A stretch of 64,000 nt of DNA from an uncultured Gammaproteobacteria bacterium (GTDB lineage: Bacteria > Patescibacteriota > Microgenomatia > Levybacterales > GWA1-39-11): the NCBI GenBank assembly GCA_964596415.1, contig CAZQSX010000001.1, positions 37,508 through 101,507 of the forward strand, in the 5' to 3' direction. The notes beneath the pieces are model-generated. The model ran no database searches. It was not told the DNA's origin and saw only the letters and a list, made by a program, of their open reading frames with translations. Within the stretch, counting starts at the first letter, position 1. Every line of letters begins with the position of its first letter. This document shows, piece after piece, positions 50,631 through 60,342 of this stretch. The translations under genes were made by a program, and so were the position numbers.

Positions 50631-50957
50631 ATGGTTACAAGAATAGAAATTAGAAGGTTTTATGAGAAGAAAATATCAGACACTTCTCTGCATATTATTG
50701 CGGAGCTTCCTGATGTTTCGGGGGAATATAGACTTAACTCAGGCGAAATTGTTGAGATAAGCTTTGAAAAAGATACAAAACAAGGATATAGGTTTGTTCG
50801 GTTGAAAACAGAGAGTCTTAGAAATTTTCAAAGAAGAGGTAGAAAAGAAAGGAAAGTGAATGTTTCTAATGAGGGTAAGGGTTCTATAACTCTTTCTGCA
50901 AATGAAGTGCTTTTTGTTTCAACAGATGCTAAAGAAGATCAGTTTAAAAGCATATAA
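50631..50957 (+). CDS. hypothetical protein
   Basis: 108-aa ORF with no recognisable motif. Confidence 0.55.
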   Translation: MVTRIEIRRFYEKKISDTSLHIIAELPDVSGEYRLNSGEIVEISFEKDTKQGYRFVRLKTESLRNFQRRGRKERKVNVSNEGKGSITLSANEVLFVSTDAKEDQFKSI

Positions 50958-50971
50958 AGGAGGTGGTATGA

Positions 50972-51307
50972 GTGATTTCATATGATGATTTTGAAAAAGT
51001 TGATATTCGAGTTGGAAAAATAATTGAGGTGAAAGATTTTCCAGAAGCCAGAAAACCTTCCTACAAGTTCACAATAGACTTTGGCTCTGAAATAGGCATT
51101 AAAAAATCAAGCGGTCAGTACACTAAATATTATAAAAAAGAAGAGCTTTTGGGAAAACTTGTTTTGGGTGTAGTTAATTTTCCGGAAAAACAAATTGGAC
51201 CTTTTATGTCACAATCTTTGACTCTTGGAGTTCCAGATAGTGAAGGTGCGGCGATTCTTATTGAGCCAAGTAATGAAAATGCAGTTATTGGCGGAAAGTT
51301 ATTTTAG
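50972..51307 (+). CDS. csaA: CsaA / Trbp111 tRNA-binding OB-fold protein
   Basis: DFEKVDIRVG, ARKPSY and VNFPEKQIGPFMS motifs; strong SD AAAGGAGGT. Confidence 0.88.
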   Translation: MISYDDFEKVDIRVGKIIEVKDFPEARKPSYKFTIDFGSEIGIKKSSGQYTKYYKKEELLGKLVLGVVNFPEKQIGPFMSQSLTLGVPDSEGAAILIEPSNENAVIGGKLF

Positions 51308-51721
51308 TTTATCAATTTTTCCATTCAAAACTATTGGTTGCATGGCGGAGATCTCGTCATAAAATGGGTGAGTTTTTAAATATGGATGCAGGAGGTAGAT
51401 TTTTATACCCGCATTAAATGCGATTCCCATTTCCATGAGTGCGTTTCCTCCTACATAACCCTTTATTCCATTCTTCGTCTTATTTACCACAAGAATTGCG
51501 CTTGATGTTAGCTCTTTTTCAAAGTGAAGTTTAATAAATTTAGCTTTGTCTTTTGCGGTAATGTGTTTTCTAAATTCAATAGGGTCAAAGTTTTTGGTCT
51601 TTTGCATGATGAGCGCTGATTCAGGGTAAAGAACTTTCCACCCTTTTCTTTCGAGTTTCTGCCCAAGTTTTAAAACCTCAGGATAAAACGTCATTGAAGA
51701 GCAAATGGTTATTGTTTTCAT
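51299..51721 (-). CDS. nucleoside 2-deoxyribosyltransferase-like fold protein
   Basis: ITICSSMTF...AILVVN...GYVGGNALMEMGIAF. Confidence 0.6.
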   Translation of the reverse strand: MKTITICSSMTFYPEVLKLGQKLERKGWKVLYPESALIMQKTKNFDPIEFRKHITAKDKAKFIKLHFEKELTSSAILVVNKTKNGIKGYVGGNALMEMGIAFNAGIKIYLLHPYLKTHPFYDEISAMQPIVLNGKIDKLK

Positions 51722-51784
51722 TGAGCTCATTATATCAATGGAATTGTTTCTTTCAAATAGTCTTTTGTGATACTATAAATAGGT

Positions 51785-52075
51785 ATGGAATGTGCTGTTA
51801 ATGAGGTGGCAACAGATTTAGGTTGTCTACCTAATGATCCTGTTGGATTTATTCAAAAGTTTTATGGTATTGGCCTGTCACTTATTGGCATGGTTGCATT
51901 ACTATTTCTCATTTATGGAGGGTATCATATTTTAACCTCTGGTGGAAATTCCGAACAACTTCAAAAAGGAAAAGAATATATCTATTATGCTATAGCAGGA
52001 TTATTGCTTGCTATTTTTGGATTTGTTTTTGTGCAGTTTATTGCTGCAGGATTAAGAATTCCCGGATTTTCGTAA
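51785..52075 (+). CDS. TrbC/VirB2-like pilin
   Basis: Two hydrophobic helices separated by GG..ILTSGGNSEQLQKGKEYI, with an N-terminal Cys pair. Confidence 0.8.
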   Translation: MECAVNEVATDLGCLPNDPVGFIQKFYGIGLSLIGMVALLFLIYGGYHILTSGGNSEQLQKGKEYIYYAIAGLLLAIFGFVFVQFIAAGLRIPGFS

Positions 52076-52086
52076 AAGGTAACACT

Positions 52087-54345
52087 ATGTATAAAAAACT
52101 GCCCATTTTTATAACCTGTTTTATATTTGTAAGCATACTTTTCTTTGGATTTGTCAAAAGTGTTTTCGCTCAGACAACAACAACTTCTGTTACTCCAACG
52201 CCTGAATTAATACAAGAAATTCAGCAAAGTTTTCCAGGTCTTCCTATAGATATTCCAGATTTAACTAATCCATCTGGAGGGCTTCCGATTGGAACAAGTC
52301 CAGTTGCTGAGGGCACTTGGGTTTCTGATTCAAATGTAACGTTTGTTGGAAAAACCGCATCTCGGTCAGGAGATTTTCTTGATTGGACTTTAAGAAATTA
52401 TGATTGGGCATGTGCTACAAAAAATGCAAATGGGTCATGTTCTAACCAAGGAAATCCACTTGTTGGGTTTTGGGCTTTAATTAGAAATATTGTGTACGCA
52501 CTTCTTATAGCAGTTGTACTTGTTGCAGCATTTGTCATGATTATAACTCGCGGAAGAAGCATTACCGTTATGCGTTTTATTCCTCGATTTATCTTTATTC
52601 TTGTTCTTGTGACTCTTTCGTATTCCTTGATACAGTTTATTTATCAAATAACAGATATTATAACTGGTTTTTTTCTTAGAGTAAGCGGATCTCTTATTTC
52701 AACAAAAGATTTAATTTTTATAGGATTTAACTATCAGACTTTTGAGGGTTTAAGGCTAGCTGGTTCAAAGTATGACGAGTCTGCGTTTATAACGCTTTTA
52801 TTAGTCAGGCTTACTGCCATAACGTATTATGTTATGACAGGGATTCTTCTTATTAGAAAAATTATTCTTTGGTTTTTTATAGTACTTTCCCCTATTTTCC
52901 CTCTTTTATTTTTCTTTAGGCCCGTAAGAAATACAGGAAAAATTTGGATAGGAGAATTTTTTAGATGGTTATTATATGCGCCGCTTTTCGCAATCTTTTT
53001 GCATGGATTGGTTGTTTTATGGAGTAGTGGAAGTCCTGATAAACCAGGAATTCCACTTGCTTTTGATTTGACAAGTCCAGGGCGCATTCCAGGTGTTGAG
53101 GCAAATGTTGTATATCCAACTGCCGTGAACATATTAATTGGTGGTCCAGGTCAGCAAATTGGAATTTATAATTCAGTTAATCTTCAGGACACATTTGCGC
53201 TTTATGTTGTTGCTCTTCTTATGCTTTGGGTTGTGATACTTCTTCCATTTATCTTACTTAAAATCTTCTTAGACTATCTGACTAATATTTCGCTTAAGGA
53301 TAATGTAACGCTTCAGAAGATGTGGGATAGGGGTATGGCGCCATTTAATCCAAAACCACCTTCTCCTGCGACCCCACCAATAGTTCCACCACCTGCTACA
53401 ACAGGGCTTGCAAAGTCTTTGCCATTTGCAGCAGGAATTTCTAGAACATTAAATCAAACAAAAAACATCACAGAAAATAAGACTGTTAATCAAGCTATGT
53501 CTAGTCCTGTAAATACGCAAATTCTCCAACTCTCAAATCTCTCAATTCCAAAAATGAGAGATATCGCAAAGTTTGAGACTTCTATGGTTTCAAAAGATAC
53601 AACTCGTCAACACGAAGTTAATAGATTAAAGACTTCACTTTCAAGAATTGCGAATCCAAGCTCAGTTCAAAGCGCATCAGAAAGAGATCGTTACACGCAG
53701 GTGAAACATCAGTTGACACAAGAAAAACAAAAAGGTAACGCTTTGGCTTCATCTATTCTTTCCGCAGCAAACACAACAAATCAGGCTTCCCGCGCTCATG
53801 TACCTGGGCAAAAAATTGCAGCCGTAGCAAATCTTCCAACTGTTAATAGGGTTCAGCAGGTTTCACTTGAAGATTATGAGGAGGTTAGAAAAATGTGGGT
53901 TGAAACATATCAATCATCAGAGCCCCCAACTGATCTAGCAGGAAAACAGGCAAATCGTGAAGAATGGATTAAGGGTGATATTGATAAGATTAATCAAGCA
54001 ATTACGCTTCTATCATCTATTGATCCAAGTCGTTCACAAGAAGGGATGGATATGGTTTCAAATATTTTGCCATTTCTAATGGTTGGAGGATTTTCAAAAA
54101 CTGAAGTTATAGCATACCTAAAAGCAAAACTTGAAGCAGCAAAGCAGGTAATGTCAGACACTAATAAAAAGAAAGAGGATGAGGAGGGTATGGTTGAAAG
54201 AGCCACTGGAACAACAACCGCTGAAAAACATATGACAATGGAAGCAGAAGCAAAAATTCCAGATGAAGAAGCGCCTAAAAAAACATTTGATACCCCTGAA
54301 GATGGTCAAGCAAAAATTGACGATTTGAGAAAAACAGGAGTGTAG
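52087..54345 (+). CDS. TrbL/VirB6-like polytopic membrane protein with a large C-terminal cytoplasmic region
   Basis: W..IRN.V, PRFI..L.L...S and RKIILWFFIVLSP...W..EF.RW...AP TM core; Pro-rich linker; helical tail. Confidence 0.6.
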   Translation: MYKKLPIFITCFIFVSILFFGFVKSVFAQTTTTSVTPTPELIQEIQQSFPGLPIDIPDLTNPSGGLPIGTSPVAEGTWVSDSNVTFVGKTASRSGDFLDWTLRNYDWACATKNANGSCSNQGNPLVGFWALIRNIVYALLIAVVLVAAFVMIITRGRSITVMRFIPRFIFILVLVTLSYSLIQFIYQITDIITGFFLRVSGSLISTKDLIFIGFNYQTFEGLRLAGSKYDESAFITLLLVRLTAITYYVMTGILLIRKIILWFFIVLSPIFPLLFFFRPVRNTGKIWIGEFFRWLLYAPLFAIFLHGLVVLWSSGSPDKPGIPLAFDLTSPGRIPGVEANVVYPTAVNILIGGPGQQIGIYNSVNLQDTFALYVVALLMLWVVILLPFILLKIFLDYLTNISLKDNVTLQKMWDRGMAPFNPKPPSPATPPIVPPPATTGLAKSLPFAAGISRTLNQTKNITENKTVNQAMSSPVNTQILQLSNLSIPKMRDIAKFETSMVSKDTTRQHEVNRLKTSLSRIANPSSVQSASERDRYTQVKHQLTQEKQKGNALASSILSAANTTNQASRAHVPGQKIAAVANLPTVNRVQQVSLEDYEEVRKMWVETYQSSEPPTDLAGKQANREEWIKGDIDKINQAITLLSSIDPSRSQEGMDMVSNILPFLMVGGFSKTEVIAYLKAKLEAAKQVMSDTNKKKEDEEGMVERATGTTTAEKHMTMEAEAKIPDEEAPKKTFDTPEDGQAKIDDLRKTGV

Positions 54346-54438
54346 ACGAAAGCCTAAGAAATAGCTACATTGTTATAATAGTTAAATAGTTTATAATTAT
54401 TCTAGCCATTTAGCTATTTTTAACTAATTATTATTTTT

Positions 54439-57204
54439 ATGTTTGGTAATTTATTTTCTGTAAAGCATGACGCACAACAAGATAGCGGACAATCACAAGT
54501 TGTATCTGCTGGGACTACTATGAGTATTGGCGAGCAACCTGTTCATAGTACAAATATTTCCATAAATAGTAATCCATTAAACGTTCCACCTTCTCAACAG
54601 CCAGTTGTAGATCCTTCAGTTGGACAAGGAGGCATGGATCCTCAAAAACGCCAGAACCTTTTTGCCATGAGTAAGCTTGACCCACGAACTATTCAGGTTT
54701 TGCATCATGCACAAGAAGAAACAAAACGAATTGCCCAGCAATTTATTGGTCCGGAGCAGCTTTTAATAGGAATGTTTTATGACGGTGAGATTTTTAAAGT
54801 TTTCCAAAACTTTAATGTAGATGTAGCAAAGTTAACACGTGAAATCCAAACAAAAGAAGTAAGTGGGAGTTTTACCGGAGAACCCACATTATCTGATTCT
54901 GTTAAGCATATTTTTGAAGAGGCCTACACGGCAGCACAGGGAAGAGGGGCAGATTTTGTTTCTCCGGAAGATGTACTCGTTTCACTATTTTCACAACCAG
55001 TAACTTCTGAATTTTTAAAATCTTTTGGAGTAGAAAAGCAAAAATTGGAAGAAAACCTATCTAAATCTTCAGGTTATTCTGCTTCCAGAAAATCAGTATT
55101 AGATAAGTATGGAATAGATTTAACAAAAGAGGCGCGTGACGGAAAATTAGATCCTATTACGGGACGCGATAAAGAAACTGAGCGACTGATTCATATTTTA
55201 CTTCGAAGAACTAAAAACAACCCAATTATTATTGGTGAGGCAGGAGTTGGAAAAACTGCCATAGTTGAAGCGCTTGCGCAAAAAATTGTGCAAGGCTCTG
55301 TCCCTCACGATTTATTAAACAGAAAAATTATTCAGCTTGAATTATCATCTTTGGTAGCAGGCGCATCCCATAGAGGTGAATTTGAAGAGCGACTTCAAAA
55401 TGTCATCAAAGAAGCGCAAGCATCAGCTGGTCAGATAATTTTATTTATTGATGAAATTCATACGCTTATAGGAACTGGTGATACACAAGGCGCAATGGAT
55501 GCATCCAATATAATAAAGCCGTACTTAGCGCGTGGTCAATTACAATTAATAGGAACAACAACAACTTCAGAATATAGAAAATATTTTGAGAAAGATAAAG
55601 CTTTTGAAAGGCGGTTTCAGGCAGTTCTTGTTGAAGAACCATCAGAAGAAGTAGCAATGCAAATGCTTGAAGCGCTTAAGGCAAAATATGAGAAATATCA
55701 TCAAGTTGTTATTACCCCTCAAGCAATTGAGGCGGCTGTTAAGCTTTCTAAAAAATATATTGGTGAAAGATATCTTCCTGATAAGGGTGTAGATTTACTA
55801 GACGAGGCAGCGGCTGAAGTGAAACTCCAACATACTGAAGGAAAACGACCGGATAACCAAGTGGTGAAAGCAGATATTGAAAAAGTTGTATCTGCCTGGA
55901 CAGGAATACCAATAACAAAACTTACTGAAGATGAATCTGCAAAGCTTATTAATCTGGAGGATACAATTCATAAACGGTTTATTGACCAGGCAGAAGCTGT
56001 AAAAGCTGTGGCAGAAGCTGTAAGGCGCGGAAGAATTGGACTTGCTCCAGGAAATAGACCAATCGCATCCTTTATTTTCTTGGGACCAACAGGAGTTGGA
56101 AAAACAGAACTTGCAAAAACACTTGCTGAAATATTATTTGGTCGCGATGACCTCATGATTCGACTTGATATGTCTGAATATATGGAGAAGCACGAGGTAG
56201 CAAAACTTATCGGTGCTCCTCCTGGGTATGTGGGATATGAAGAAGGGGGTCAATTAACTGAAGCAGTGAGAGCAAAACCGTACTCCATAGTTCTTCTTGA
56301 TGAAATAGAGAAAGCACACCCTGATGTTTTTAATATACTCTTACAGCTTCTTGAAGACGGAAGACTGACTGACAATAAGGGAAATACTATTTCATTTAAA
56401 AATACAATTGTTATTGCCACATCAAATATTGGATCAGCTCTTATACAACAACAACTTCTTGCGTCGCAAAAAGATGGAACAAAAACAGCTGTAACAGAAG
56501 AAGATGAGAAGAAAAAATATGAAGCGCTTTCAAAGACACTTATGGATGAACTCCGAAAATTCTTTAAGCCTGAGCTTTTGAATCGTTTTGATGATTTAGT
56601 TATGTTTAAACCACTTCGTCAGCAAGATATGGCACAAATTGCAAAGTTAGGAATTGCCAAAACAAAAAAACTTTTGAAAGATCAAGAACTTGATTTGCAA
56701 ATATCAGATTCTGCTCTTCAAGTTTTGGCGAAAGAAGGATATGATCCGGTTTATGGAGCCAGACCTTTGAGACGTCTTATTCAATCCGCAATAGAAAACC
56801 CGATTGCTATTTTAATAATAAATAAAACATTTGTTCCAAAAGACACTATTCTTATTGATTATGATACTGCAAAAACTGAGTTTACATTTAAGAAAACAAC
56901 TCCTCCTCAGCCGTTAGTTCCGGGTCAGTACCCGCCTGGGGCTCAACCTCAACAAAGCGTTACAGGTATGAATCAAAACGGACAAGCGTTACAGGGTCAG
57001 CCAGTTATTGCAAATGGTATGTCATCTCAGGCAGGAAACCAAGCAGTACCAGGTGGATCTCAAGGAGGCGGTGGTATATTAACAAGTATTGCACAGGAAC
57101 ATACAGCAACTACTCCTCCAGCTGCTTCTCCTTCGTCTCCGACGTCTTCACAGAATCCGCCTCCCGTGATAGGCACAGATGGTACTGCCATGCAAAGAGC
57201 ATAA
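54439..57204 (+). CDS. class 1 Clp/Hsp100 ATPase with low-complexity N- and C-terminal extensions
   Basis: Clp-N domain; GEAGVGKT and LFIDEIH; GPTGVGKT and [10 protein letters not shown]; PPGYVGY. Confidence 0.92.
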   Translation: MFGNLFSVKHDAQQDSGQSQVVSAGTTMSIGEQPVHSTNISINSNPLNVPPSQQPVVDPSVGQGGMDPQKRQNLFAMSKLDPRTIQVLHHAQEETKRIAQQFIGPEQLLIGMFYDGEIFKVFQNFNVDVAKLTREIQTKEVSGSFTGEPTLSDSVKHIFEEAYTAAQGRGADFVSPEDVLVSLFSQPVTSEFLKSFGVEKQKLEENLSKSSGYSASRKSVLDKYGIDLTKEARDGKLDPITGRDKETERLIHILLRRTKNNPIIIGEAGVGKTAIVEALAQKIVQGSVPHDLLNRKIIQLELSSLVAGASHRGEFEERLQNVIKEAQASAGQIILFIDEIHTLIGTGDTQGAMDASNIIKPYLARGQLQLIGTTTTSEYRKYFEKDKAFERRFQAVLVEEPSEEVAMQMLEALKAKYEKYHQVVITPQAIEAAVKLSKKYIGERYLPDKGVDLLDEAAAEVKLQHTEGKRPDNQVVKADIEKVVSAWTGIPITKLTEDESAKLINLEDTIHKRFIDQAEAVKAVAEAVRRGRIGLAPGNRPIASFIFLGPTGVGKTELAKTLAEILFGRDDLMIRLDMSEYMEKHEVAKLIGAPPGYVGYEEGGQLTEAVRAKPYSIVLLDEIEKAHPDVFNILLQLLEDGRLTDNKGNTISFKNTIVIATSNIGSALIQQQLLASQKDGTKTAVTEEDEKKKYEALSKTLMDELRKFFKPELLNRFDDLVMFKPLRQQDMAQIAKLGIAKTKKLLKDQELDLQISDSALQVLAKEGYDPVYGARPLRRLIQSAIENPIAILIINKTFVPKDTILIDYDTAKTEFTFKKTTPPQPLVPGQYPPGAQPQQSVTGMNQNGQALQGQPVIANGMSSQAGNQAVPGGSQGGGGILTSIAQEHTATTPPAASPSSPTSSQNPPPVIGTDGTAMQRA

Positions 57205-57225
57205 TGCTGTACAATAATAGTACGT

Positions 57226-59019
57226 ATGCATAAGGTTCGTAAGATTCTTCAGATTCAAGGAAAATTGGCTTATTCATTTTTACTACTCGGTATAGGAATT
57301 GGGATAGTGCTCATTCTTTTATATTTCTTTTTTTCAAGCAGAATTGCGGCAGAAAATGTCAGAACAGAAATATTTCCAGAAGGAGCAAGATATGCAAAAA
57401 ATCAAATAATTGTTAAATATAGATCAGGTTTTTCTCCACATGTATTAAACGCGCAAAACAAAAAACAAGACTTAGATCTTCTTGAAAATAAGCTAAAAAG
57501 TATTGGGGTTATTTCTCAAAATCGATTGTTTATTTCAGATAATATATTGCTTGAAAATTATTACATTTTAAATTTGCCTCAGGATAGTGATATTTTTCAG
57601 GTTTACACAAAGCTTTCAAAATTTTCAGAAATTGATGCAATCACCCCAGATTACATCTTAAGTGTTCAGGAGGTTCCTGATGATCCGGCGTATTCCTCTC
57701 TTTGGGGACTTTCTGAAATTTCAGCACCGAAAGCTTGGGATATTAAAAATGGGAAGAGTAATGTAATAGTAGGAATTGTTGATACTGGAGTTGATTTGAA
57801 TCATGAAGACTTGAAGGGAAACGTAATAAAAGGTGTAAATACTGTTGATGAAACTCGTGATCCTTCAGATGATCACGGGCATGGGACGCATGTTGCGGGA
57901 ACAGTTGGTGCAATCACTAATAATGCAATTGGAATTTCCAGTATTTCTTGGGGCGCAAAGCTATTGGCAATAAAAAGTTGTGATGAAAATGGAGATTGTA
58001 AAACCTCAGATGTATCAAAAGGTATAAAATACGCAATAGATAACGGCGCAAAAATTGTAAATGTGAGTGTTGCGGGTGAAGGGAGTTGTCGGGGTACATA
58101 TGATGATATGAGTAAATATGCAAAAGAAAAAAATGTACTACTTGTTGTTGCTGCCGGAAATGGAATAAATGGGAGAGGAGTAGATGCGAGAAAATGGATA
58201 CCTGCCGGATGTAATGATATATTTACTATTGGTGCGTTTGGTCCGTCTGGAGATCGGGCTCCATATTCAAACTATGGGAATGTTTTGTCTATGTCAGCTC
58301 CAGGAGGAGATAGGGGTTCAGAGGCGTGTACAGAATCAACTTGCATCTTATCAACCAGCAATAACAATACATACTCGCTTCGTCAAGGTACTTCTATGGC
58401 GGCGCCTCAAGTAAGTGGAGCCGCAGCGCTTTTGTTATCATATAATCCATTACTTTCTGTTAGTCAGATTCGCTCGTGCTTGATTCAAGGCGGAGATGTC
58501 TTAACAACTGATAAATACATTGGAAAAAAATTAAACACCCAAAAAGCGCTTATGAGATGTGCGCCCATTGCATCTCCTACGCCTATTCAGAAAGTTGAGG
58601 ATTCTGGAAACTTATCTATTTCTGGCATTGTATATGCAGATGAAAATAATGATAAGTCTTTTGACTCAAATGAGATGCCAATTGTTGGTGCACAGGTTAT
58701 ACTTTCAGGATATGATTCACAAAGTGTTCTCTCAAATTCTACTGGTCGTTATATCTTTCCAGATTTAAAACCTGGTTTTTATACGATTTCAGTTTCAGTA
58801 GGCGGTCAAAGCGCGGGAGATTTGTATGATGTTTCGCTTCTCAAGTTATTTCCAAATGTACAAATAGATCTTCCTATTTCCTCTGAGTATATACCTTCAC
58901 CTACTCAGGATCAAAATCCAAAACCAACCCAGCAAGCATCCAGTATTCAATGTGTCCCTGACCCTGCTTGCGAATCTGCTGAGGGAAGTATTCAAATCTG
59001 CTCGCTGAAATGTGAATAA
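57226..59019 (+). CDS. membrane-anchored subtilisin-like S8 protease with a SdrD-B-like domain
   Basis: VDTG, HGTHVAG, AAGN and GTSMAAP catalytic motifs; ISGIVYADENND; Cys-rich C-terminus. Confidence 0.92.
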   Translation: MHKVRKILQIQGKLAYSFLLLGIGIGIVLILLYFFFSSRIAAENVRTEIFPEGARYAKNQIIVKYRSGFSPHVLNAQNKKQDLDLLENKLKSIGVISQNRLFISDNILLENYYILNLPQDSDIFQVYTKLSKFSEIDAITPDYILSVQEVPDDPAYSSLWGLSEISAPKAWDIKNGKSNVIVGIVDTGVDLNHEDLKGNVIKGVNTVDETRDPSDDHGHGTHVAGTVGAITNNAIGISSISWGAKLLAIKSCDENGDCKTSDVSKGIKYAIDNGAKIVNVSVAGEGSCRGTYDDMSKYAKEKNVLLVVAAGNGINGRGVDARKWIPAGCNDIFTIGAFGPSGDRAPYSNYGNVLSMSAPGGDRGSEACTESTCILSTSNNNTYSLRQGTSMAAPQVSGAAALLLSYNPLLSVSQIRSCLIQGGDVLTTDKYIGKKLNTQKALMRCAPIASPTPIQKVEDSGNLSISGIVYADENNDKSFDSNEMPIVGAQVILSGYDSQSVLSNSTGRYIFPDLKPGFYTISVSVGGQSAGDLYDVSLLKLFPNVQIDLPISSEYIPSPTQDQNPKPTQQASSIQCVPDPACESAEGSIQICSLKCE

Positions 59020-59024
59020 TAACG

Positions 59025-59051
59025 TTAGCAAAAAAGGACTTAATTTGCTAA
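59025..59051 (+). promoter_or_regulatory. CIRCE-like operator upstream of dnaJ
   Basis: TTAGCAAAA-N9-ATTTGCTAA. Confidence 0.7.
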
Positions 59052-59081
59052 AATATATGCTCAAAGCTGGATAAAGAAAAA

Positions 59082-59954
59082 ATGAAAAAGGATTTTTATG
59101 AAATTTTAGGTGTAGCAAAAACCGCAACTGCGGACGAGTTAAAACGTGCCTATAGAAAGCTTGCTCTTGAGTATCACCCTGATAAAAATAAAGGAAAAGA
59201 TACAGAGGAGAAATTCAAAGAAATAAACCAAGCCTACGAGGTTTTATCAGATCCTCAGAAACGTGCAACGTATGATCAGGTTGGACGTGCAGGATTTGAT
59301 GCAGGGGCGGGAGCTGGTGGTGGGCCTTTTGGTGGATTTGGCGGACAGCAAGGTGGCGGATTTGGACCATTCACCTACTCTTATTCTACCGGTGGAGGGG
59401 CTCAGGGTTTTGATTTTGGTGGCGGTGCTGACCCTTTTGAAATATTTGAGCAATTTTTTGGTGGCGGATTTGGAAGGAGAAAGCCACGATATAGTATTTC
59501 AATAGATTTTTTAGAGGCAGTAAAAGGTGTGACAAAAAAAGTCAGTATAGATGGGAAAGCGCAGAATATTAAAATTCCAGCAGGGGTTGATAATGGTTCA
59601 CGAATTCAATTTCCAGATTATGATGTAGTGGTACAAGTAAAGGGAGATAAAAATTTTCACAGAGAAGGGTATGATATATTAACAGAAAAGCAAATTTCAA
59701 TTGCACAAGCAATTTTGGGGGATGAAGTAGATGTTGAAACTGTTCATGGGTCTGTAAAATTAAAAATTCCAGAAGGCACGCAATCAAATATTCTTATTAG
59801 AATTAAAGGAAAAGGAGTGCCTCATGTAAGGGGGAGAGGGTTTGGTGACCACTTTGTGAGAGTGAAAGTAGAAATTCCCGGGAAAGTAAGTAATAGACAA
59901 AAAGAATTGATACAAGAATTTGAAGAAGAAGGAAAGAAAAAAGGTTGGTTTTAG
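59082..59954 (+). CDS. dnaJ: DnaJ family chaperone lacking the zinc finger
   Basis: HPD J-domain, G/F region and C-terminal domain; no CxxCxGxG repeats. Confidence 0.9.
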   Translation: MKKDFYEILGVAKTATADELKRAYRKLALEYHPDKNKGKDTEEKFKEINQAYEVLSDPQKRATYDQVGRAGFDAGAGAGGGPFGGFGGQQGGGFGPFTYSYSTGGGAQGFDFGGGADPFEIFEQFFGGGFGRRKPRYSISIDFLEAVKGVTKKVSIDGKAQNIKIPAGVDNGSRIQFPDYDVVVQVKGDKNFHREGYDILTEKQISIAQAILGDEVDVETVHGSVKLKIPEGTQSNILIRIKGKGVPHVRGRGFGDHFVRVKVEIPGKVSNRQKELIQEFEEEGKKKGWF

Positions 59955-60012
59955 TTTTTTCGTCCACATCAATCCTTGATTTGTAAGCTCATCCACTCTA
60001 AACTAATACCAT

Positions 60013-60342
60013 ATGGGGATTCTGCTCTATCCTATTGCTGTGGTTCTGTTTTGGTACAAAGATGGTGCTTTCGCGCTTTTATTATATTTTCGTTCTTTGA
60101 ACGATTATTGCATTAGGCTTTTTTCCCTCCCAGGTTTATTTGTAACTTTTTTTAGACCTCTTAAGAATGAATATAGAAAAAATTTAGTAGTATTCTCTAT
60201 TTTATTCGGAATGATTGTTAAGACATTTTTAGTTATTGCTTCTCTTGGAGTACTTGCGGCGCTTTTTGCGTTAGAGGTTTTAATTTTTGTTTCCTATATA
60301 CTTTTTCCTATTTTACCGATTTTAGTTTTATTCTATGTCTAG
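60013..60342 (+). CDS. small membrane protein coupled to the membrane-anchored Clp ATPase
   Basis: Hydrophobic; FS...LF.TFFRPLK motif; overlaps the next gene by 8 nt. Confidence 0.75.
   Translation: MGILLYPIAVVLFWYKDGAFALLLYFRSLNDYCIRLFSLPGLFVTFFRPLKNEYRKNLVVFSILFGMIVKTFLVIASLGVLAALFALEVLIFVSYILFPILPILVLFYV

Noticed and set aside
51785-54345. Conjugative element (ICE)
   Set aside because: No integrase, relaxase, VirB4 or coupling protein is in the window, and the flanking genes are housekeeping.
54439-59019. AAA ATPase + S8 protease toxin-antitoxin/defence pair (IetAS-like)
   Set aside because: The ATPase is a double-ring Clp rather than a single AAA, and the protease has a membrane anchor and an extracellular-type domain.
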